Of a stretch of DNA of 59,965 nt, positions 29,866 to 40,431 are shown piece after piece. The notes beneath the pieces were generated by a model. That model ran no database searches. It saw only the letters and a program-made list of their open reading frames with translations, and was not told where the DNA came from. Each line of letters starts with the position of its first letter. The stretch's first letter is position 1. Location: positions 101,869-161,833 of the forward strand of contig CALSCP010000031.1 in the NCBI GenBank assembly GCA_943704425.1, in the 5' to 3' direction. Origin of the DNA: Ministeria vibrans ATCC 50519. Lineage: Eukaryota > Protista > Filasterea. A program made the position numbers and the translations under genes.

Positions 29866-30380
29866 TCAATCGCAGGTGTATGGCGGTAGAGAGGTGCCTC
29901 CATTAAGACATGTCACTTGGCCTACGGTTCCACCCAAGGATTGGAGATGTTGCAGTCGCGTTCGCAACAGAGTCGCGCGATCAGTCAATGCGTCAAGACT
30001 ACAAGTGCAAAGAATAAACCACAAAGAGAGACTCCACAGGGAAAGGAAAGAGAGCGCAGCACGTACGTGTCTCTCAGATACTTCAGGTCTTCGCCAGTGA
30101 TGCTTATGGTCGCATCGGACGCGCCCCCCGTCGGGTTTGAGGTGGGTTTGGGCAGTTGCACTGCGTCGCACTCAACAACGCCCTTCTCAACCTCTACGCG
30201 CGCGCCCGACGGTTTCAGCGCCATGCTTCCGTCCATGTCATGCTCAATGACCACTCTACTCAGAGGAAGAGGAGAGATTGATAAGTACGCTTTTCTTGTT
30301 TTTGAAGTTTCGTTTTCATACTCGCCAGACGAGCCACACAACAGCAGCGCCAGTACGAGAAGGGAGCCGAATAATCTCAT
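29866..30380 (-). CDS. Small secreted protein: signal peptide, beta-rich segment, coiled coil and truncated EGF-like motif (3 exons)
   Basis: MRLFGSLLVLALLLCGSSG/DRVVIEHDMDGSMALKP...ISITGEDLKYLRDT/LDALTDRATLLRTRLQHLQ...CLNGGTSLPPYTCD*. The GT-AG introns are phase-consistent. Confidence 0.65.
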
Positions 30381-30515
30381 AGAGTAGTGAGACCGTCGCA
30401 AACTGTTAAATAATCTGAGTAAGAAAAAATTAGAATCAAGAGCTGTGTTTAAAACTAACAAAACTGAAACATATCTGACCCCAAAAACAAAACAAAAATT
30501 ATCGATTTTCTTGTT

Positions 30516-32037
30516 ATGCGCACCACATTGATCCTTCTGGCTGTCGCTGCTGCAGCGTTTTCCATGCCTATGCGTGCTGTCAGTGGACTGTACGGTCTCA
30601 ACGACAAAGTCGAGCTCATCCGGTAAGAGAATAACACTCAAAACAAACGACAGTCGACAAACCTCCTGTTAGGGTGAGCCCTTCCACCGGTGCCATGACA
30701 CCCGTCGGTGCTCCTGTTGCATACGAGGCGCAGGCGCAGCAGCTGTCGACGATTGACACGAAAAACGGCGTGTTTTACTTTGTTGGGCTGAACCTCACGA
30801 CGAATGTCGACGCTATTGTCGGCCTCAGCCTCGAAACAGGCGCGGTCGTCAGCGAAATCCCCGTCCCGATCGTCAGTGGTGTACGTGGCTTTCGAGCGAA
30901 CTCGCCGCACGCCTCCAGTGTTGTGATACCGATGTTTTTGCGTAGATGCTGGTTGGAGTGGGACAAGTGCTTGATTACGACTCGGCCACGGACGAACTGA
31001 TCATGATGGGTATGCGCCATTGTCTGTGTGTATTCATGTTTGCCGTCCTTGTGGCTCACTCAAAGTGTGTGCTTTTTGAACACAAACAGGTCGCGAGAGT
31101 GTGTTGGGCACAGCTCCGCATCACATTCTCTCTGTGTCGCCCCAGACGGGCAAAGTGCGCGAGATCACCAAGATCAACGACGTCATTGATGTGCTGGGAG
31201 GTGCCAGTGGCGTCGACCCGGCCGCCGGTGTCGAATGGGTCCAGCTGGCAGTCAACAAAAGCGGTGAAGGTACACTACTTACGCCAATGATTATGTCAAG
31301 CCCGACACAAACTGACTCCCCCACACCAGTTCACATCAATTTGATGTCCTTTGATATCAAATCGGGTGCGCACAAACTCAGTTTTGACAACACTGCCAAT
31401 CTGGGCACTCTCAATTACGACCACAAAATCAACCAAATGCTCTCCATCGGTCTTGAAACTTCGGTAAATGTTTATAATTATATTATTTTATTATTATTTT
31501 ACAGAGATAAGTGTAACGCGTTGAATTTTTGTTGTTTTAGCCCGTTCAGCGTACTTTGAACCGTCTTAACAGTCTCAGTGGCAAAGTGACTAAAATCGGA
31601 AACATTGACGGTACAAAAGAGAAAGAGAAAGAGAGCAAGTTGATCATAAAATAAAACAATGTGTACACATAGGATACTTTGTGATTAATTCATCAATCAG
31701 TGCACTGAACACGGAAGGACGAGTGCTCTATGCAATGCTTCAGAAGAACAACCAGAAGGTACGCATCTAACGCCGCTTACTCCTCTGAGTCGCAAAAACT
31801 CGTTTAATTGTGTATGTTTTTCTCTCCGTGTTTTTTTGTTTCTCCCTTCCTCTCGTCGTCTTCCGCATTATTTGGCTCTCGTTTGCGCATTCATTCTTTT
31901 TTTCATCCCCCACTTGTTGCAAATAGAATACGGACCTGTTTCTGGTGGGGATTGACGCGGACACTGGAAAGATTGTGTCGTCCGTGGACATTTGTCCTGT
32001 GGGCGGAGACTGCCCATGGAGCCTTGAGTGGTACTGA
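30516..32037 (+). CDS. Secreted beta-propeller-like protein, multi-exon
   Basis: Signal peptide MRTTLILLAVAAAAFS; repeated blade-like units (VSPSTG, LSLETGAV, VSPQTGKV, FDIKSG, SLSGKV, IDADTGKI); ends ...CPWSLEWY* at 32037. Confidence 0.7.
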
Positions 32038-32220
32038 TTGACCTTAAGAGGAAGCAAACAGTAAAGACAATGAGAAATCTGTGAACCATTTAGTGATCAG
32101 TGCTGTGAACCATTCAATGATCAGTGCTTCCTATAGATGTTTCTCGAAAATTTTAGTTCTTCTTTGTACAAAAGATCGCGGTCTCTCGGCCCTCCCATTC
32201 CTTATTGTTATTGGGTTGGT

Positions 32221-32858
32221 TCACTGCTTGCCAATTGCCTTCTCCACTGTAAAGAAATGATTGCTCGTGTGTGCGTCGTGTTTGCGATGTTCCGCTTTGA
32301 GATGACCTATCACACAGAAAAGACATCAATTCATCCGCAATTGTATCATTTCTCTCTGTCGTACCCTGAGCATCTACAAAAAGATCGTGTTTTTGTCCGT
32401 GACACGTGTGCGTAAAGGCAACGTCGCCCGATTCGTTCTCGTGCGTTGAGAAATGGCACTCTTCGGTGCGTTTGGCGCTTGTGTGAATCTGTGAGTAACA
32501 GAATAAATACAAAACCCATTTCTCGCACTCTTTCGTTGTGACGTCTCGCTCAGCACCCACGTACCTCTCCCTTGTCTGTCACTGCAACATACAGTCCTGA
32601 CGAGGCCTTGATTGTCACAGTGTGCTTGTGGGCATCACCAACCTCTGTTTGCAGACGACATTGCAACATCAGTCAAACGTCGAGAAAAAAAGCGCGAGAA
32701 GTCGCACTTCGAATTCTCTTACCGAGTGTGAAAACAAACGGAGCGCCACAAACACCGTCAGCCTCCGCGACGTGCGTGCCATGTACGTGTTTGCCCTTGA
32801 TCTCCAAGTATGACTTGGTCGATGCGTGGCGCAGTGTGACTGGGACGTTGGTGTGCAT
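32221..32858 (-). CDS. FGF-like / hisactophilin-like His-rich beta-trefoil protein, 141 aa (exons 32858-32723, 32644-32565, 32488-32365, 32306-32221)
   Basis: Four phase-consistent GT-AG exons run from ATG to TGA. The sequence contains YLEI..K.VHGT, VTIK.SSGLYVAVTDKGE, S.K.TEECHF, LFVDAQG and NHF, colinear with FGF core motifs. Confidence 0.75.
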
Positions 32859-33107
32859 ATTGGAAAATCAAAGAAAAAAAGTGATCTTCAATAATCAATT
32901 AATTTAAAAATAAATTAATATTATTAAATTATTAATCATTATTAATTAATGATTAAAAAAATTTAAAACAAAAGTTAGAAAACAAAACAATAATTAATAA
33001 TAATAATAATAATTATACGTCTTAACGTTAATAATAATAAATAATTAGTATTGTAATTCTAAATATTAATATCTTATATTTTTTATTATTGTAAACTCAA
33101 GTCTGTC

Positions 33108-36100
33108 TCAACGAAACAGAGCAACAAGCAGCGCATCGAGCGCACTGTACAATAGGTGCTTGTTGAGGCGGCGATCCTGCAGCATGTCAAAGAGGCGCGA
33201 CACGCCGTGGATGGAGTTGAAACGGCCCACCATGCGCTGGGCCGTCTCGGGCACTCGGTGCAGCACAAGCAGACGCGCAGTCGCACGCGCATCATCCGCC
33301 CCAGCACCCCGATTCCCTTCCCGCTCATCGCCAGTCATCACTCCTCTCCGCCCCTCAAACACAGTTCCATTGGGAAACAAATAGGAGCTCAGCCGAGACA
33401 TGTACGATAACATCGCTTGCTCATTCGTCAGCGCATAACACTCTTCCAAAATCTACACAGCACACTATCAGTGAACGCTCATTCTCCCCTCTCTCTCTCT
33501 CTTGTGTCTTACTCGTCGGTTGATCTCATCTCCATACCACTGCTCCAAAATCTGTCGGGTCAAATTTAATGCTTTGCGTCTCAACCAATGATTTCGCGAG
33601 CGTAACTCAAACGCCTACAATACAACACCAAAAAATGATAGTCAGAATAATTTAGCAAAATAATAATAATAATTATGATTAATACTATAATGCCTTTTCA
33701 TACCTCTTCAAACAGTGCAAAAAGCGCATCCAACAGAATCTGGGCATTTTCCCGATCAAACCCTTCTCCGCTCTCTCTTCCTCCCTCTTGTTCCTCCATC
33801 TTCTTCTCATGTTCCTTCTTCTTCCTCTTCTTATTCTCCTCCACAAGTCGTTTTGCTCTTTGTTCCGTCCGCTCTCGTTCCAACAATCCACTCACAACCC
33901 TGAGAGAAAAAAAAACAATAATGAATTACAAAGAAAGAGAAGAACAACAACTCTTAACCCGTTATCTTCAGCAATGAACTCTGGCGCTTCCTGCACTCCA
34001 CCGTAAGGCATTTGCTGCTGCTGACCATAGCTACTTGTCTTCTCTTTGGCAGTTCCTGAGTTGTTCCGCGCTACTCGTCGAATCTTCTGCAGTTTCTCCG
34101 TCGCCCGTCGCACCAACTTTCGCATTGCCATCTTCCCTTCTTCCCCGTCCCGCCCTGGCGACGGATCACTCAACATCCCTATGTACAAGCAACGCATAAA
34201 TGTCATTTCCTTCCTTCTTTCTCTCCCAATCCCTCTCAATCTTTTCTTTCTGTTTCTTTCTTGGAAACCCAAAAATATTATAATTATTTCGTACCGTCCG
34301 ACTCAATCTTCAGGAGCAGATGCACTTCTTCCGATTCACGCAGTATTTCATCCGACAACAATCTGTTGAGCCAGTCGTTCAGCGTCCGTTCACACTACAC
34401 AACAAATCAGATTTTCCCATCGCTTTTCTCTTGCTTTCATAAAAGTTTGTACCTCCTTTGGGTTCCGGAGCTCCTCTTTGGGCGACGGAAAGGGCAACAA
34501 ACGAACCTTTTTAAACTTTTCGGCAAGCGAGAGATGCGCCTGACGAAAATCGGCAAGACGACGGGCCACGACAAAGCCAGTCGTCGTAGGGCTGACGGGG
34601 GAGGAAGAAGAGGAAGAAGAGGACGTGACAGTGGAAGCACGCACAACCTGGATAAAGTACAGAATGCGGTTGGCGCGCACGTGAACTCCACCGCCGTCGT
34701 CGTGCTCGCTCGAGACAATGCTCGCACTCACAATGTGATGATTGTCTTGCAGTGCGTTCACTTGCTGTTGTAGTTGTTTGTGGGCGTGTCGCTCTTCGAC
34801 CATAGCAAGCAGTTGGACCAGCTCCGTCTCGAGCTCTTCACGTTGTCCCATGAGCCGTTGTGCCTGCTCGTGCGTCTCCGCCCGCTCCATCAGCGTGTCT
34901 AGCACAGCCTGTTGCTCTCGCAGTAGCACCACCGCCGCCCCAATGGGATCGTACGACGCCTGAACCTGCGCCCGCTCCTCCGCGTCCCGCTCGCGTGCCA
35001 CCGACGATGCACCAGACACCACACTCGACTGGTCGTCAGTTGTCACATCAACCCCCATCGCCTTTTCTTCCTCGTCGTCGTCTTTGCTCGACAATTCGCT
35101 CCCCTCTTCTTCTCCTTCCGTCCCGTCATGAACACTCACCGAGTCCCCTTCACACGCGAGCGTCAGCTCCATCGACCTGCTTCCCTCCCCCGACTCCTCC
35201 TCCTCTTCCGCCTCTCGTACACTCCTCTTTCTCCCTGGCCTTCCTTTCTCGTCCTCAGCACTGCTCGCATCACTACTTGGCATAACATCATGATCCAAAT
35301 CGTACAGCAGATTCCGATACAAGTCGCTGCGTTGGAAACGAGGAAAATATCGCTCACGCATCCGACGCAACACTGTGTTTTGCGCCCGATCAAAGCAGTC
35401 GGCACCCAACTCATCGACACTCGCTGCCCTCCCACCACCACCACTCGACGCAGAACTTGATGCAGCACTTCCAAAGCTACTGCTCCTTGAGCGGTCCCTC
35501 AGACGCATTTCTACTGCACGCACCGTCGACTCGTCCAACTTCACCTGTAGCGGTGCGCCCGAGCTAAAGTGCAGCGTGAAAATGTTGAAAGCCTCCTGAC
35601 GGACCTGATCCGGCTCGCTTGCCAAATGCTCCTGCGCAAACGCACGAAACTGATTTACGTTGATCCACAGCTGCAGCAGTGCCGTCGCCTTCTCGCGACA
35701 CATAAACTCCATAAAGTACGACAGCGCATTGATGTTCCCCAAAACACTGTCAAGGGTCATTTTGCTGCGCCGCTTCGCTCTCGCCAGCAACTGCACATGA
35801 TACTGGTGCTGTTGTTGCTGCTGCTGTTCGCTTTTCAACTGTTGTCGTACTTTGAGACGCTCACTGCGAGTGCGTCGCCATCGTGAAAGAGGATTGCGTG
35901 ACAGTGACGACCCCTTTCGCGCCGCATCGCCACCCTGACTCTCAATGGCCCCCACCCCAGCCACCCCCACCTCCTCCNNNNNNNNNNGCCAGACGTCATG
36001 TTTGGGCCCCACCTCCTCCTCACTCCCTTCTTCTTCTTCTTCTTTTTCTGCTTCTGCTGTCTTGGCATGGCGTGCCACCGAAAAGGTCCGCGAAGATACA

Positions 36101-37668
36101 ACCAGTGTGTCTGGTGTGGCTGGCGTGCTACGCATGTGGTATGGTTGTGGTGTCGGTGTCGGTGTCGTCTGGTCAAGCAAAGTCATTGTGTCGCGTCGCG
36201 AGGGCGATTGGCTCTGAAAGGGTGATGCGTCGGCAACTACAGTGGTATCGCGCTGAAGCAACGGTGCCCTGAAATGCAAGGGAGGGCACTGGACCTCGAG
36301 AAGGAGTTCGCCCACAGCGTCGTGTTGGTGCGCGGCAAACACGCCAAACCACTGTTTGTGTGGCTCACCGTCCGCCAACAACAACTCTGTACCGTCCGCG
36401 TCGCCACTAAGACGCACCGTAGTCTCACCCAACACCACTGCGTTCACAAAGGGGTTCCATTCGTAGACCACAATGCGCACTGTGTCGTCCTCGCGCTCCA
36501 TGCCATCGAGGTCCACCGTGAACACTTCGTCCCACCACAGCGTGTCGCGCGCAACGTTGGCCGAACGCAGCTCCGTGTCACCATAGAACAGCACACAGAA
36601 GGGATAGCTCGCACCCACGTGAGAGGGAAGCGCCGAAAAGTTTTTTCCTTTGTACAATCGAATAGTGAGCAAGCGCACCGGCGACGGTGGTGGTGGCAGT
36701 GGTGGTGGTGGAGAAGGATGAGAAGGAACGCAAGGAGATGGTTGGTCCTCCTGTGCTGTCCCTGCTGTTGAATCATTGATGAGCAGTGAGAGAATGATGT
36801 TGTTGATAACGTCTGGGTCGGTAATGGATTCGACAAGGGGAGCGAGACACTGGCAGACGAGTACTTCGCGCAGCAGCAGGCGCAGAGTGTCCGAGCGAGC
36901 TTCGTGCTCGGGCAGCAAATGCGCGATGAGCACCTCGGCGACGTTGCGCAAGTAGGTCGCCTCGTTGTCGCGAGACTGACACCCAAAATGGAGGTAGCTG
37001 CCACCACGTGCGGGGTCGGAGAAGTAGGCATCGCGCGTCACGTCCGACGCACACGCGCGGTGAAACTCGCGCAGCTGCACAATAAGTGTGTGCGACACAC
37101 TGTGTGTAAAGATCATGGCAAGGTCGACACGACGCGCTCGAGCACGCAATCGCTGCGCAGCGTCCCGCAAAATAGCCTCGGCCGCAAGCGGGAAGGTAGG
37201 GTCGCCGCTGACGGCAGAGGTGTACCAGGGACGCACAAAATCACGAACGACGTAATGCACCAAATCATCCAACACCTTCGGAAGCGCTTCAGTGCTCGCG
37301 CCTATCGCAGTGGCATCACCCCTTTCTGCTGATGGTGCCTGTGATAGTAGTGGTAGTGGTGGTGGCTCGCGTAGTGTAGCGCTACGCTGCTGTACGTAAC
37401 GGTGGACCGTTTTTGCAAGCTCGAGGTAGAGCTGAAAAAAAACACACGTCCGCCGCGAAGTTCAATTCGTCACAGATCACACAATACACACACCAACTCC
37501 AGAGCAGCTTACCAAGAGCGAGTTTCCCATGGCCAAGAGGTACCCGACCGCGACAAGCACGAGGGCCACGGCGACCCGTTCGTAGCTGTGCGTCGCAGCC
37601 AAAAGTGCCGCACATACCACAACACCAATGGCAACGACAGCCGATTTTGTAGGCGTCGCCCACACCAT
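33108..37668 (-). CDS. Sorting nexin of the SNX13/14/19/25 (Mdm1) class: TM-PXA-C2-RGS-PX-Nexin_C
   Basis: N-terminal hydrophobic segments; PXA (VVRDFVRPWY, LLREVL..CL.P..ESITDPDVIN); RGS (FMEFM...LQLW..VNQFR, FDRAQ..V...M...YFPRFQRSDLY); PX (VARRLADFRQAH..L..KF); Nexin_C (LFEEV/FELR...WLRR, NKHLLYSALD). Confidence 0.9.
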
Positions 37669-37788
37669 TCGGAATCGTGTGGTGCAACTCTGCCGGTGTA
37701 CGTGAGTGGCGAAGGGGGTCTCGCAAGTGTAAAGTTTAAAAAAAAAATTATTGAAAAGATATTCATTAACGAGTCTCAAGAGTTCCAT

Positions 37789-38424
37789 TTACTCGCAAGC
37801 CTGAGCGTAGTTGACAGGAGCCATTCCAGTAGCGCCAGTGCGCTCGACGGTTGCTGTCATCCAACCCTCATCGATAATCTCGACGTTAATGAAAAAGTCG
37901 CCCTCTTCAAAGCTGATCTCATCAGCATCCTCAGCAGTGTAGTCGTACAGCGCAACGTACTTGCCGCCAGCCGCTGCAGGCGGGGCAGCAGCCTCCTCCT
38001 CCTCGGCCGGCTCAGCAGCCTAACACATTAAGAGGGTCAGATAATGTAAAAGTGAGTGTGTGCGTGAGTGAGAGAAAGACGTACCTCTTCCTCTTCCTGG
38101 TACTCAGGTTCAGGGGCGGCCTCAGCCTCGGGTTCAGGCTCATACGCAGCCTCGGGTTCAGGCTCATACGCAGCCTCGGGTTCAGGCTCAGGGGCAGCAG
38201 CAACGGGAGCGGGAGCAGCAGCAGCAGCAGCAGGGGCGGCGCGGGCACGGGGCGCATCGCCATGTGTCGATCGCACCGACTGCGAGTACTTCACTGAGGA
38301 CTGCGCTGCCGTGTTCGCCTTCAGTCGTCGCGTTTCCGGGTCATCAGCAACAACAGTAAACTGAGGGGAGAATGAAAGAAGTTAGTGAATTGGCCTCAAC
38401 TCACACAAACACACACATACAAAC

Positions 38425-38468
<44 letters not shown>

Positions 38469-39652
38469 ACACAATCTCTGACTCTTTCGCTTTCACACAC
38501 ACACACTCTCTCTCTCTCACACACACGCACACACACACACTCTCTCTCTATTTCTTTCTTTCTTTCTCGCTCTCATTGAGTATGATTACTTACGTTCTTC
38601 TTGCTCTGGTTGAAATCCTTGTGGTACTCCGCCTGGCTCTGTAGCTTGGACTGCTCGGCAAGTCGCTTCATTTCAGGTGTCTCCGATACTGCTGTTGCCT
38701 GCGTCTTGGGGTAGTGACTTAAAAAAAACAACAACATAACAAAAACAAGTAGTCTGAATGAATCCGCTGTCCCCTCATTCGTTGCACCACTCGTTTCGTT
38801 CTCTTACGGAGTGCAGTACGGTCGCTTGTTGAGTCCCTTGTAGTTTTTCAAGTTCAATGTCATGTTGCACACTTCACACCTGAAGCAGCCCTTATGCCAT
38901 GCCTGGAAGATGACAATGAAGCGCGTTAGATACAACAACAACACTCACACACACACACACACACACACCACAACAAACACACCAAGTCAAAATAATGAGT
39001 GTTACAAAAATGCAAACAAAAAAAAACTCCCCCACACATACAGTCAATGCAACAAACACAAGTAGGAGTGTGCTGCTGAGAGCCGAGCAGAAGGCAAACG
39101 AGGGCAGTGGGAAACGAAAAGAGCGAAAAAGATTGAACTTTACTCTGCGACACATTCACGATGAGCAGAACCGTGCAATGCTGCGCGTGCTGGGTGGTGA
39201 AGTCCACTGGAGACGTCGCGATGCGCAACGGGAGGGTACGAGAGAGACAGAGAGAGAGAGAAAAGAGAAAAAAAAGACAGAAAAAAAAACGAAAAAAACA
39301 GACAAGAGCGAAAGGAGAAGCGCATCGCGTCCGTTTCAGGGGGAAGAGGGCCGATGGGGCGATGCACGCTGCTCGTTGCAGCCGATACCCGGTGAGCAGA
39401 GGCGCTTTACGGATGAACAAAGGAAAAAAGATCGACAAAAAAAGTTCGGGTGGGCACAACAGCAAAGCCCATTGCGTACCTGGTCAAGGCACGAGAACTT
39501 CTCGGCGGGGTACACTGTCTTGTCGCACCTGCGCAGAAGAGGAGAGACACACAGCGGGCGTAACAGTCAGAAATAGAGCAGAAATCCCAAATGATGACTG
39601 TTTATTCCCGAAGCTCTCTTGACTCTTCCTACTTGGCACACTTTGGGTTCAT
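37789..39652 (-). CDS. LASP1: LIM and SH3 domain protein LASP (LIM, 2 nebulin repeats, SH3)
   Basis: Spliced [46 protein letters not shown]...PYCTP/HYPK; nebulin repeats ETPEMKRL...QSQAEY and DDPETRRL...QSSVKY; SH3 ALYDY...EISF...EGWM...GMAPVNY. Confidence 0.95.
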
Positions 39653-39854
39653 GGCGATGGATGAGTCCAAGGAATGGGAACGGTAAACAAGAAGAGGGGG
39701 GGAGGGGAGGTGGTTGTCAAACTGTGTTAAAGAACTGAGAGTCTGAGTGATCAGACAGTGATCAGTAGGAGGGACAGACGACACTCACTCGACAGTTCAC
39801 TTTCATCAATATTCAATAATTCAAACTCTTTTTCATATCTTTCTTTCAGTAAGT

Positions 39855-40371
39855 ATGGCTGAGAAGCAGAACCCGTCCGAGTTCCTCAAGAACATCATCC
39901 ATAAGGATGTAATAGTAAAACTCAACAATGGTGTGGAGTATCGCGGTATGACTTCAAACGATGTTTTTGCCCCTTTTTGACCGTCTTCTCGTCCCGCTCG
40001 TCTCGCGTGCCCCTTAGGAAAGCTCACCTGTCTTGATGGCTTCATGAATATTGCGTTGGAACAGGTACACGCGACCGTTTGGTGTCTTCTTCATTTTTTT
40101 CAAGAAAGTGTCGTTTTTTTTTTTGACTTGTAACGCACTTAATACCACACGAAATGTGCCCGTCTCGTGGCGACACTGGTGTGTACCGTATTGAAGTGCG
40201 CATGCGAGGGTGTGTGTGCGGTCTTTATCTCGAGGAGCTTTGCGATTGACTCTCATAAACGTCTCTTCTCATTTTGTGCAGACTGAGGAATATGTGGGTG
40301 GACAGCTCAAGGAAAAGTACGGCGATGCCTTTATCCGTGGAAACAACGTTTTGTATATCAGTACAGCATAG
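39855..40371 (+). CDS. LSM6: U6 snRNA-associated Sm-like protein LSm6 (3 exons)
   Basis: PSEFLKNII...VKLNNGVEYR/GKLTCLDGFMNIALEQ/TEEYVGGQLKEKYGDAFIRGNNVLYIS. Confidence 0.96.
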
Positions 40372-40431
40372 CAACTTTGTGACATTGTTTTTATATAATT
40401 ACGTCTTATTACAATAATAATTATTATGCTA

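Noticed and set aside
29866-29868. TGA at the EGF C5 position read as selenocysteine
   Set aside because: The downstream frame does not continue an EGF pattern (no G-Y/F-x-G-x-x-C), and no SECIS was recognised.
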